64,000 nucleotides of DNA from Methanoregulaceae archaeon (GTDB lineage: Archaea > Halobacteriota > Methanomicrobia > Methanomicrobiales > Methanospirillaceae): the NCBI GenBank assembly GCA_013331415.1, contig DUGL01000188.1, positions 6,579-70,578 on the forward strand, read 5' to 3'. Within the stretch, counting starts at the first letter, position 1. Each line of letters opens with the position of its first letter. The position numbers and the translations under genes are program-made. Below, in pieces: positions 28,204 through 37,421 of the stretch. The notes under the pieces were generated by a model. It did not search any database. It was not told where the DNA came from and was given only the letters and a program-made list of their open reading frames with translations.

Positions 28204-28544
28204 CCGGGCGGTCTCCTGTATTGTATTTATCTGAAATCCTCGCATCGATGGAGAAGATCGAGCGCTATACGGCCGGGCTCTCCTACGAAGAGTTTATCCA
28301 CAGCGAACTGATCATGGATGCAGTTGAGCGCAATCTCGAAAAGATTGGGGAGGCTGCTGCCGCAATCCCGGAAACGATCAGGAACAGGCATCCCGATATA
28401 CCATGGAGAACTATTGTGGGGTTGAGAAACAAGGTTATCCATCACTATTTTACCGTGGACCAGGATGTGATATGGCAGATTGTCACAGAGAATATTCCGT
28501 CAACAAAGGGCAGAATTGCCGATATCCTCAGGGAATATTCGTAG
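28200..28544 (+). CDS. hepT: HEPN (DUF86) toxin, second pair
   Basis: GLRNKVIHHYF (RxxxxH) motif; 114 aa; ATGA overlap with the MNT gene. Confidence 0.85.
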   Translation: MTGRSPVLYLSEILASMEKIERYTAGLSYEEFIHSELIMDAVERNLEKIGEAAAAIPETIRNRHPDIPWRTIVGLRNKVIHHYFTVDQDVIWQIVTENIPSTKGRIADILREYS

Positions 28545-28808
28545 TACCGGGTTTTTTTTAAATCCTGGCATCCTTTACTTCACGTTTTTTGCATCAAAAT
28601 GGCTCTGTCGTGCACTTTACTGAGACGTATTGACCCACCACCTGGCACTAACAGGATGAAATAGTTCAACCCCGGAACGATGTGGTTCAGAAACGGGTAG
28701 GGATAACCAGCTTGATCAGGTCGATCAGGCTATTCCAAGACCCTGAGCAGCATAGCCGGTGACACATAGCTCCGCTTTCGCCTCTCCGCTCCCTGGAGAA
28801 AAAATGCC

Positions 28809-30857
28809 TCACGAAAAAGCGCCCGCGATCTCCCTGCTGGCTATCTCCCCAATGACACCTGCACCGAGGTCGCTCACTGCGTAGTACCTGCCCCCGGCCT
28901 CGTCTGCGATCTCCCGGCAGTACCCGAGCTGGAGCTTCAGGAAGGAGGCCCCCGGGTCCTCGGTGTCGATGACTACGGTATGGACTCCCCGGGAACGGAG
29001 CTCGTGCGCTGCATCCCTGAGCTCTGCCCGGACATCGCCTCCCCGCGAGACATTCGCCCTCCCGTCCGATATCAGGACCATGACCGGGACAGTATCGCCG
29101 TTTTTGCGCTGCTCCCGGTCAATGACCTCGATGGCCTTCCAGATCCCGTCGCAGAGCGGGGTCTTCCCCCCCGTCGGGAGGTCGGTCAGGCTCTTCCGTG
29201 CCAGGTCCACGCTGCGGGAGAGGGGGAGGAGGAGTTCAGCACGCTCTCCCCGGAACGCTACCATGCCGATGCGGTCCCGCTGCTGGTAGGAGTCAAGGAG
29301 GAGGGAGAGGATGGCACCCTTTGCTGCCTCCATACGCTTCCGGGCACCCATGGAGCCGCTCGCATCCACCAGGAAGACGCAGGATGCCGATACGTTCCCG
29401 ACCCGGACCCGCTCCCTCAGATCTTCTTCCCGGATAGAGATGGCCAGCGACCCGCGGGGCCGGGTAGCCTGGTGGGGCGAGGCGGCCCGGATGGTCGCAT
29501 CAAGGGCAAGGTCCGGGTTCCCGGCAGGGAGCCGCGAGGTGATGGGAAACCCGTTCTTCCCGGAGGCGAGGGTCTCGATCCGCCGTCCGTTCAGCTGCTT
29601 GCGCCGTTCGCGGTCCCGGTCGCGTGCGAGGGAGACCCTGCGGGTGTCGATCGGGTCCCCGATCCCGAAGACCTGCTCCCGGGCAGGCCCCTCCCGCCCC
29701 TGGGATTGTTGCTTCTCCTGCTGCCCGCTGGATTCAGGTGAGGATGATGGGGGTGCCTCGTGCGGTTCCTGACGCTCCTCCAGGGGGGAGTGCTCGTTGT
29801 GCTGGTCATCGTGCGGCTCCTCTGCGTTCTTCATGGCAGCGTCCAGCCGGTCGGGATCGAGCCGTGGCTCCTCGAAGGGCTTCCGGCGCATCCGGTGCGG
29901 GAGCGCGAGCTCCATCGCCTCCCGGACATCCCCGCGGGTGACCTCGCATCGCCCGTCAAGGGCGGCGATGGTCCGCGCCGTCCGGGTCACCGCGATCTCT
30001 GCCCGGTGGGTCCTGACCCCGAGCTCCAGGCATGCGCTGACCACCGACCGCAGGATCCCGTCAGAGACCGTAACACCGGGGAGCAGGTCGCGTGCCCGGA
30101 TGATGGCGTCCCGGAGTGCCGCCTGCTGTTTGTTGAACCGGGCTGCGAATCCAGCCTGGTCGATCTCGAAGGCCTCCGCGTTCCTGACGATTGCCATCCG
30201 GTCGTCAGGGTTTCCGATCGCCTCTACCGAGACCTGGAGCCCGAACCGGTCCAGGAGCTGGGGGCGGATCTCCCCCTCCTCCGGGTTCATGGTCCCGATG
30301 AGGATGAACCGGGCGGGGTGGGTAAAGGAGATCCCTTCCCGCTCGACCACGTTCACCCCGAGTGCGGCCGAGTCCAGGAGGACATCGGCGATGTGGTCAT
30401 CAAGGAGGTTCACCTCGTCGATGTACAGGATCCCGCGGTTCACCCCGGCGAGGATGCCGGGCTCGATGGCCTTCCTCCCCTCCCTGATGGCGGATTCGAT
30501 ATCGATGGTCCCCACCAGGCGGTCCTCGGTGACCCCGAGGGGGAGATCGACTACCCTGACCTGCCGCTCTTCGGACTCGAGCGGAATCCCCTCCTCCACC
30601 TTCCCCAGGCAGTTCTCGCACATCTCCCGTGGATCATCCGGGTTGCAGTGGAACGGGCACCCCTTCACCACCGCGATTCCCGGGAGGATATCGGCGAGGG
30701 CCCGGACTGCCGTGGACTTGGCGGTCCCTTTCTCCCCCCGTATCAGCACCCCGCCGATGCGGGGGTTGACCGCATTGACGAGGAGGGCCTTCTTCATTGT
30801 CTCCTGCCCGACAATGGCGGTGAAAGGGAGGATGGTGCGGTGGTTGTGGGTAGCCAT
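28809..30857 (-). CDS. Chelatase ATPase subunit fusion (ChlI/BchI-like AAA+ N-terminus plus ChlD/BchD-like VWA C-terminus)
   Basis: Walker [10 protein letters not shown], Walker [11 protein letters not shown], an acidic/Pro-rich linker ([32 protein letters not shown]), and a VWA MIDAS motif [10 protein letters not shown]. Confidence 0.8.
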   Translation of the reverse strand: MATHNHRTILPFTAIVGQETMKKALLVNAVNPRIGGVLIRGEKGTAKSTAVRALADILPGIAVVKGCPFHCNPDDPREMCENCLGKVEEGIPLESEERQVRVVDLPLGVTEDRLVGTIDIESAIREGRKAIEPGILAGVNRGILYIDEVNLLDDHIADVLLDSAALGVNVVEREGISFTHPARFILIGTMNPEEGEIRPQLLDRFGLQVSVEAIGNPDDRMAIVRNAEAFEIDQAGFAARFNKQQAALRDAIIRARDLLPGVTVSDGILRSVVSACLELGVRTHRAEIAVTRTARTIAALDGRCEVTRGDVREAMELALPHRMRRKPFEEPRLDPDRLDAAMKNAEEPHDDQHNEHSPLEERQEPHEAPPSSSPESSGQQEKQQSQGREGPAREQVFGIGDPIDTRRVSLARDRDRERRKQLNGRRIETLASGKNGFPITSRLPAGNPDLALDATIRAASPHQATRPRGSLAISIREEDLRERVRVGNVSASCVFLVDASGSMGARKRMEAAKGAILSLLLDSYQQRDRIGMVAFRGERAELLLPLSRSVDLARKSLTDLPTGGKTPLCDGIWKAIEVIDREQRKNGDTVPVMVLISDGRANVSRGGDVRAELRDAAHELRSRGVHTVVIDTEDPGASFLKLQLGYCREIADEAGGRYYAVSDLGAGVIGEIASREIAGAFS

Positions 30858-30938
30858 GAATTCCTACTTACAAGTATATCTTCTTACTATTTTGTATATC
30901 TGTTGGAAGCAGTATGGTCAATAAGGAATTAAGTGAGA

Positions 30939-31369
30939 TCAACTCTTGGACTTTTTCCTGGTGAGTTCCCGGAGAAGCCCCCCGACCATCACGGTCAGGG
31001 CGCGACGGCCGGGCAGGGGAGCGCTGGTCGGTTCTGCGGCAACCGTTGCCGGGGTTACGAGGCCCTTGTTGTAGTGAAAGACATCGTGGAGGGAGTCAAC
31101 GCCCGGCAGCGATTTCGGGAAGTTAGTGAAGGTGACCCGCTGAACCGGGATACCCTTGTCTCGGAGCGCCTCTTCGAGACAATTAGCCATCTTATCAGAC
31201 TGCAGGTTCTCGATGACATACCTGACGTTGTGGTACTTCCCGGCCTCAGTATACACATCGTTTACCACTCCCCGCGTGTGTACCGTCCCCCATCGTAGAA
31301 TTTCTGTGCAAAGCCGGAGAGCGCGTTCAGGCCGAGCCACTCAACCGCTGCGTCCTTCTGCCAGATCAT
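30939..31369 (-). pseudogene. Possible frameshifted gene directly upstream of the chelatase (or two overlapping short ORFs)
   Basis: MIWQKDAAVEWLGLNALSGFAQKFYDGG (frame of ORF 31262..31495) runs into ..TVHTRGVVNDVYTEAGKYHNVRYVIENL.. (ORF 30939..31340). The junction is a C5 run at 31287..31291. Confidence 0.3.
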
Positions 31370-31662
31370 TATTACTACGTCCTGCCCCGAACTCCCCCTT
31401 TTAAAGATGTTCCATTCTTTCAGCTGAAATGGTCGCGGCGGGTATCGCAACGATAATGCCCAGGTATGCACAGGTCGTTGCTCTTTACCTACCATATTCT
31501 TGATGTCACACTACCCGGATTCCCTGCACCCGGGTTAACGTCAGTGCCGGCACCGAAGGAGCACAATCATCCGAATAGGAACGTCTTTGGAAAGTCAGAA
31601 ATACTCATCTTGAATCCCTTCCAGACCTATTATGAATTCTTAAAAGATACGTAGTCTTTCAT

Positions 31663-32034
31663 ATGGTGTCCGATTCATACAGTCGACGGGTACTGAAGCT
31701 CCTCCATGTATTTACCAGGGTCAATAACGAAAACCTTGTCGAGTTCCTCGCCCTTGTCATCCTCGGCGTCCTCCTCATTCTCGATGTACTCACCACCTCC
31801 CTGGTGCTCTCTGTCGGGGGGTACGAGACCAATGTGCTTATGGAGGGGATCGTGACAATCCCGGTGGTGCACCTCTTCCTGAAATGGCTCTTCCTGGTAT
31901 TCGTGGTTATCGCAGCCCGCTTCTGCGATTGGATGGTGCAGGGAACCGGGCTGTACATCATGTGCGTGATTATCGGGTGGTACTCGCTTGTCATCGCGAA
32001 CAACACGCTGATTTTCCTCAGGTTGCTGGCTTGA
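31663..32034 (+). CDS. Small polytopic membrane protein, DUF5658-like
   Basis: Four hydrophobic helices. DVLTTSLVLSVGGYETNVLMEGIV matches the paralog at 48706..49113 (DIITTDLILSLGGMELNRLMAGVV). Confidence 0.65.
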   Translation: MVSDSYSRRVLKLLHVFTRVNNENLVEFLALVILGVLLILDVLTTSLVLSVGGYETNVLMEGIVTIPVVHLFLKWLFLVFVVIAARFCDWMVQGTGLYIMCVIIGWYSLVIANNTLIFLRLLA

Positions 32035-32336
32035 GGGCAGAAGACAAGCTTTCGCAGAGAGAGGGAAGAGGAGATCATATCTGAAGACTATCGTCCCCGG
32101 CATCCGGAAGGTTCTCGAACGGATTGATGAGTGTTCGGCTTTCGTCGACGGAATGGTGAACGGTGAGGTTATCAGGAAACGTGTGATATCTGGTGACCGG
32201 AGGGCTTCAATCCCGGAGAATTGCAAAAAGAATGTATGGGTCTCTTATCCCCTCAGGAAAGAAACACCAGCTTGCCCCGAGCCATGATGGCATCGCTCCG
32301 CTGGGAGAGGAGGGTCCAGGTGAACTCGGGGAGAGA

Positions 32337-32837
32337 TCAGTAGAACGCCAATCTCCCGAACGCCAGGATGGCGTCACTCCGCTGTGAGAGCAGCGTCCAG
32401 GTGAATTCCTTGTTATGCTCGATCACGATAGACGACGATACTGCCGTGAAATTCGTCACCCCGGATTCATCCTTCCCCGAAAGAACAATGGTGTCGCCGG
32501 ACCGGATGAATGTAACATCGGAACCTGCCCTGTTCTTCATCTCGCAGTCAGGTCGCTTGATAGTGGCATTGGTGATCCGCAACCTCTGGTCACCCTGGTC
32601 GAGGATGATGGCAAGGTCATCGATGCTGAGCCCGTCGCCCCCCATGTGGTCAAGGTAAATGGTGGTGTTGTTGTATACGGTCCCCGTGATCGAGACCTGC
32701 GGGGGCTTCGTCTTCGTCGGTCCGAGCCCCCCGACATAGGCGCTGATGACCGCGGCGAGGATGATGGTGATGGTCAGCATCAGCATCACACCGACAACGG
32801 GTGAAACAGCCGAATCATTGCCCCTGGTACCGTTCAT
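32337..32837 (-). CDS. Archaeal type IV pilin-like protein (class III signal peptide, DUF1628-type)
   Basis: N-terminus MNGTRGNDSAVSPVVGVMLMLTITIILAAVISAYVGG. Confidence 0.8.
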   Translation of the reverse strand: MNGTRGNDSAVSPVVGVMLMLTITIILAAVISAYVGGLGPTKTKPPQVSITGTVYNNTTIYLDHMGGDGLSIDDLAIILDQGDQRLRITNATIKRPDCEMKNRAGSDVTFIRSGDTIVLSGKDESGVTNFTAVSSSIVIEHNKEFTWTLLSQRSDAILAFGRLAFY

Positions 32838-33864
32838 GACCCCCCCAGATATATTACGAATATAGAATATTATTATACAACATGATAAATATCGCGATAT
32901 TAATCATGGATATGCTGGATGGCGAGCGTCCCGGGACCACTCCTCGATCAAGGTCTCCTAGGGACGACTGCTTGAAGAATAACCACAGATTCCCCTGATT
33001 TTTGTAATACAATATAATAATTTTTTAATATTTAATGATACTACTATGAATCACTCAGCCTGGATGCTCCCCGGAGAGGAGAAACCCCCGCAGGGCATCG
33101 ATGGGAGAACCATACGAGTGAGATCGCCATGAGCAGGGCATTTCGGTTCCGGAGTCACCTGAGGACAGGTATTTTCAGAGACCTTGCATTAAAGAGCGGT
33201 TATGATGAGCAGAACCGCTGGTATGATCTGGTGCCGGAAATGGAAAATACGCCGGGGAATGAGCGGTCCGTTTACCACGGTGGCGATACCTCCCTCCCCT
33301 GATTAAGGGGAGAATGGGGGATTTATTTCCAAAAACGTGAACGAGATGCCGGGATAGCCCCAGGCCCTCCGCCCCTCATCATCTGCTGGTACCGGGAACT
33401 GATCCTTCAGGTCCACCCTTTTCGTGCTCGCCCCGGGCGTTCTCTTTCATCGGGCTCCTTTTCCCTGTCATCCCCGGTACATGACAGCAGGAACGCTACC
33501 CTGCCGGGGTATACCTCCGGCAGGAACCCGGACCACGAGGTATAGGCTTGAACCTGCCAGCTAATAGCCAGGAGCCCCGCTCCCTGACCGCCCTCCTCCA
33601 GTCTCGATTCAGGCTCATTTTGACCTTCTTTTCCTCCGTGAACAGAGCCCGGTAGAACCTCCACGGGAAATGCTGCTCACCTTCATGGAAAATATCGATA
33701 AAACCGGTTATTTATTAAAAATAAGCCATTAAATCACTTCAAATAAATGCTTTTTATTGGGCCTGCAATCGGCACAGTACCGGACAGGCAATATCTATCG
33801 ATCCAAGGTGAGATCCGGTCCTGAAACGCGAATGTGCGGGTCAGTTATATATCGACGGAAGTTG

Positions 33865-33880
33865 GGTTTTTGCAAAAACC
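33865..33880. repeat. Perfect 16-bp palindrome ggtttttgcaaaaacc in a 1.26-kb ORF-poor gap
   Basis: Read directly from the sequence. Confidence 0.3.
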
Positions 33881-34097
33881 TGTAATGATTCATAATTCGA
33901 CATTTTAAGGCATATAATGAGCCGGATATGGAATTTAGCGATTATTAACCGGTTCAATGAGGATGTGATTCTCCGGCTGGGAGTGGAACATGAGGGTGGA
34001 ACGCCGGAACGGCTCTGAAGACCCGGACCCCGCATTCACCGGGTCAGACTAAAGGGCACAAATTACTTCGCACCCTGCACGAATCGATTGTTACCTG

Positions 34098-34364
34098 ATG
34101 ACCCTCCACTGCCCTTCCTGCGGGAGCGCTGCAATCATCCTAGAGGCCGGTGGCTATGGCGGCATGGTCTACCGGTGCAAGGAGTGCGGGTACCGCGGAT
34201 CGTTCGTGGTGGAGAGCGACGCCAGCGAGACGATCGAAGGAAGGGATACGGGCGCCAGAGAGCATATCCTGCAGGAGAAGGGTGAGCGATTCCGGGTCCC
34301 GCTCTGGATAAAAGTGCTGGCGGTGGTGTTTGTACTGGTGCTGCTGGTGTACCGGTTCTGGTAG
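34098..34364 (+). CDS. Small zinc-ribbon protein with a C-terminal TM helix
   Basis: CPSCGS...CKECG (two CxxC pairs) and WIKVLAVVFVLVLLVY. Confidence 0.5.
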   Translation: MTLHCPSCGSAAIILEAGGYGGMVYRCKECGYRGSFVVESDASETIEGRDTGAREHILQEKGERFRVPLWIKVLAVVFVLVLLVYRFW

Positions 34365-34433
34365 TCGAAATCAGAACGAGTGACAGTGCAGTGGGGTGGT
34401 ATGCATTTTTTGTCGTTCCTATTCCCAACTTTT

Positions 34434-35180
34434 CTATTCCACAGAAAGGACGATGTCCAGCCGTTCGATGGTTACATTTACTGGATAATTCAGCTCACTC
34501 TCTACACCATTCACGGTGAGAGACAGTACATCCTCCTTCAAAAGTCGGACGATGGTTGCATTGAGTTTCAACTGGACGATACCATTCCCGCTTGTTGTAT
34601 TGAATCGTCCGTCTGGGGTGATATTCACGAAACTCAGGGTGACATTGTGGTTACTGTTGGAGTAGTCAGGGGGCTTTCGGAGGTTATTCAGGTACTGTGC
34701 CTGTGTCTCCTCGTACTTACTCAGGAGGGTGATAGGAACGCTCGTGTGACCTTTGGTAACGTTCACGGTCCCATTCTGCCAGGAATACCCCTGATCAAGC
34801 CAGAAGTTGGATACCGGGGTGTAGGTGATATTCGAGAGATACCCGTGGGTAAAAGGACTGCCATCGATAGTGATGGTGATCGCAGCCCCGGGCAGTTGCC
34901 GGATGCGGAGCTCGCCACCGGACCGGAGGCTGTTGAGCAGGATATCTCCTCCCCCCAGGGGGATGGGTTCGGCCATGGTCCCATTTCGCCAGAAATGTAT
35001 CGAGTTGTCGATAGCGGCACCGAACCGGACCATTCCCGTTTCCACGTCCTTCAGGTGCTCCACCTCGGCCTGCTGCTTGAAGCCCGGGAGGTAGATGGCA
35101 TTCCAGATGGATAGGAGGGTCACCACCACCACTAGGATCATCATCACCGCGACAACCGGGGCGATGGCATCGTCATTCAT
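34434..35180 (-). CDS. Pilin-like/pilus accessory protein with a class III signal peptide and many N-glycosylation sequons
   Basis: MNDDAIAPVVAVMMILVVVVTLLSIW. At least 8 NxT/S sequons (NGT, NIT, NVT, NTT, NAT). Start/stop overlap with the upstream gene. Confidence 0.7.
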   Translation of the reverse strand: MNDDAIAPVVAVMMILVVVVTLLSIWNAIYLPGFKQQAEVEHLKDVETGMVRFGAAIDNSIHFWRNGTMAEPIPLGGGDILLNSLRSGGELRIRQLPGAAITITIDGSPFTHGYLSNITYTPVSNFWLDQGYSWQNGTVNVTKGHTSVPITLLSKYEETQAQYLNNLRKPPDYSNSNHNVTLSFVNITPDGRFNTTSGNGIVQLKLNATIVRLLKEDVLSLTVNGVESELNYPVNVTIERLDIVLSVE

Positions 35181-35587
35181 GGGACCACTCCCGTATAGAT
35201 GACCGCCCTTGCTGTGCTCACCTTGATCGTCGAGCCGGAAGGGGGTCTCGAAAAGGTGATTCTGCCACCGAGATCGAACAGGATGTCCGGGTCCGCCGCC
35301 ACAGACGTTGCACCGTGGGGAACAAGAGAAAACGCTCTCCCGGTTCCCTCGACTGTGACCCTTAGGCCGGACCCGGGAATGGCATCTCCTCCCCTGTGAT
35401 GGAGAATGATAGCCGTATCGTTCACTTCCTGCAGGATTGTCACGCTCGGGTCCCGCGGCGGCGGTAGGTAGTTGGACGCAGTCGCCGAGAAAATAGCCAT
35501 CAGGATCAGCACGAGGGTGAGCATCAGCATCTCCCCCACGAGCCCCGATACCGCGTCATCCCTTCCTTTCTTAGAGGACATAGACAA
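35177..35587 (-). CDS. Archaeal type IV pilin-like protein
   Basis: GRDDAVSGLVGEMLMLTLVLILMAIFSATASNYL class III signal-like N-terminus. Overlaps both neighbouring genes. Confidence 0.7.
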   Translation of the reverse strand: MSMSSKKGRDDAVSGLVGEMLMLTLVLILMAIFSATASNYLPPPRDPSVTILQEVNDTAIILHHRGGDAIPGSGLRVTVEGTGRAFSLVPHGATSVAADPDILFDLGGRITFSRPPSGSTIKVSTARAVIYTGVVP

Positions 35588-37421
35588 ACATCACCACCGT
35601 CGCGATGAGGAAGAGGACGCTGTGCTTGAAACCCGCCATGATATTTGCCGCCGAGAGCTGCCCGGCCATTATACCGGAGAAGAGCCCGAGGATGATCGCG
35701 ATACGGAACATATCGAGCACGTTTCCGGAGATATCGATGGCCGTGTTGAGCTTCTCGAAAGAGGTAATGAAGGAGACGTTCAGCACGTAGGCGGTGTAGA
35801 GGAAGATGCCGAACGAGAGGTAGATGATCATGATATAGGCAAACGACGTGGTGAACCGGTCCCGCTTCATCTTCAGGTAGTGCTCCATGTCCCCGATGGC
35901 GATCATCAGGACGTCGCGGATGTAGTCGGTCACCTCGCTTGCGCGGACGATCAGGGAGATCGCCCGCTTGATCATCAGCACCCCGATCCGTTCCTCCATA
36001 CGGACGAGAGCGCTAGAGACCGGTGAGCCCCAGCGCACCTCGTCCGAGACGACCCTGAGCTCACTTGAGAGGAGCCCGATTTTTGAACCGGAGATAAGGT
36101 GTATAGCCCCCTGCAGGGTCATCCCGATGTCCTTCAGGTCGGCAAGCTCCCGCAGGAAGCCAGGGATCTGCTCCTCTACCCTGTTGATATACCGCCGCCG
36201 TATCTCGAAAGCCACCATGACGGGGGAGAGGGCCGCGATGCTGAGCAGGCAGATGTAGACCTCGAATGTATACCGGGGGATAAGGGAGGCGAGGGTCCCG
36301 TTCCAGAAGAGGACCGTCACGGCCACCGCCAGGATGGCCCCGAGCCCCGCGCTGAACCGGTAATCGGCGATGTAGTGGCGGAGTGGATGGCGGAGGATCT
36401 CCTGGACCCGGATCATCGACTTGGTGGACTTCATCCGCCGCGAGAATTGCCGGGACATCCCGGGGTCCCCGGAGGCCAGGGGAACACCGGCCGAATACTC
36501 GGTCTCCGTGACCTCCCGCCGGATGATCTCTAGCCGCTCGGCCGGGAGGATCAGGGAGAGGATCCAGATCATCGCCGCCGCCCCGAGCGGGAGCCCGATG
36601 AAGAAGATGACCATCAGGGACGAGAGCTGGCTCTGGCCGGTCATGGTCTCGGCCGCGGTCATGATGATCACGGCGATAGGGGCGGCCACGAACGCGGCCA
36701 CGTAGACCTCGGCCATGATCTCCATGGTCTTGAGCCCCATCTCGAGCTCGTTTCTTGCGACCTCCCGGTAGTGGGCGGATCGGGAGGCGAAGAACGCGGA
36801 GATGTCCCCTCCGCTCTCGAACATCAGGATCAGGTCGTCCATCAGGCGCTTCAGGTTCGCAGATGGCGTGGAATGCCCCAGGTTCCGCATGGCCGAGACA
36901 AGATCGTCCCCGAAGAGCTCCACATCGCGGACTATCATCCCGAACTCTTTTGAGACCTCCCCATACAGGTCGTGCTGCTCGTACACACTCCGGAAGACGT
37001 TGTACAGTGTCAGAGTCGTAGAGAGTGCCTGCATGTATGTCACGGCATAGGAAAGATCGATGTCGATCCGCGATTGCCGGCCCTTCGCTGTCAGAACCGG
37101 CTGGATGTATACAACGGCAAAGACAAGGATTGTCGGGACAGCCACGATGAGCACGTCCTGCACCCAGAGCGGGTACGGTTTCAGGACCGTGAACCGGACA
37201 GCGAACAGGTGCGTGACCACCACCAGCGCCACCATCCCCAATGCTATCATCCCGGTCTGCTGGAGGAGGTAGCGGATGTACTCGTCGTAGTTCCTGGTCA
37301 TCCGCGACCCCTTCAGTGTCCGGCTGTAGTTCTTCCGGTCAAGGAGGGTGTCTGTCACTGTTCGTACCGATTCACGGACCGGCACCAGCCATCTCCTCCG
37401 CCACCTCATCAGGGTTGACAC
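35571..37421 (-). CDS. Polytopic membrane platform protein, FlaJ/TadC (T2SS F) family
   Basis: 616 aa with alternating cytoplasmic helical domains and TM clusters, located directly downstream of the FlaI-like ATPase. The start is uncertain; 37301 is an alternative. Confidence 0.75.
   Translation of the reverse strand: MSTLMRWRRRWLVPVRESVRTVTDTLLDRKNYSRTLKGSRMTRNYDEYIRYLLQQTGMIALGMVALVVVTHLFAVRFTVLKPYPLWVQDVLIVAVPTILVFAVVYIQPVLTAKGRQSRIDIDLSYAVTYMQALSTTLTLYNVFRSVYEQHDLYGEVSKEFGMIVRDVELFGDDLVSAMRNLGHSTPSANLKRLMDDLILMFESGGDISAFFASRSAHYREVARNELEMGLKTMEIMAEVYVAAFVAAPIAVIIMTAAETMTGQSQLSSLMVIFFIGLPLGAAAMIWILSLILPAERLEIIRREVTETEYSAGVPLASGDPGMSRQFSRRMKSTKSMIRVQEILRHPLRHYIADYRFSAGLGAILAVAVTVLFWNGTLASLIPRYTFEVYICLLSIAALSPVMVAFEIRRRYINRVEEQIPGFLRELADLKDIGMTLQGAIHLISGSKIGLLSSELRVVSDEVRWGSPVSSALVRMEERIGVLMIKRAISLIVRASEVTDYIRDVLMIAIGDMEHYLKMKRDRFTTSFAYIMIIYLSFGIFLYTAYVLNVSFITSFEKLNTAIDISGNVLDMFRIAIILGLFSGIMAGQLSAANIMAGFKHSVLFLIATVVMFVYVL

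Noticed and set aside
29760-30932. 390-aa and 375-aa plus-strand ORFs overlapping the chelatase gene.
   Set aside because: They are mirror ORFs of a clearly recognisable AAA+/VWA chelatase on the minus strand. They have no motifs and a biased composition.
33300-33700. GC-rich structured-looking stretch in the ORF-poor gap, considered as RNase P RNA or SRP RNA.
   Set aside because: I could not find the conserved RNase P CR-I/CR-IV blocks (GAGGAAAGTCC, ACAGAA..GGCTTA). The SRP helix-8 motif (GGAAGGGAGCA-like) was also absent on both strands. It remains an unexplained region, not a called RNA.
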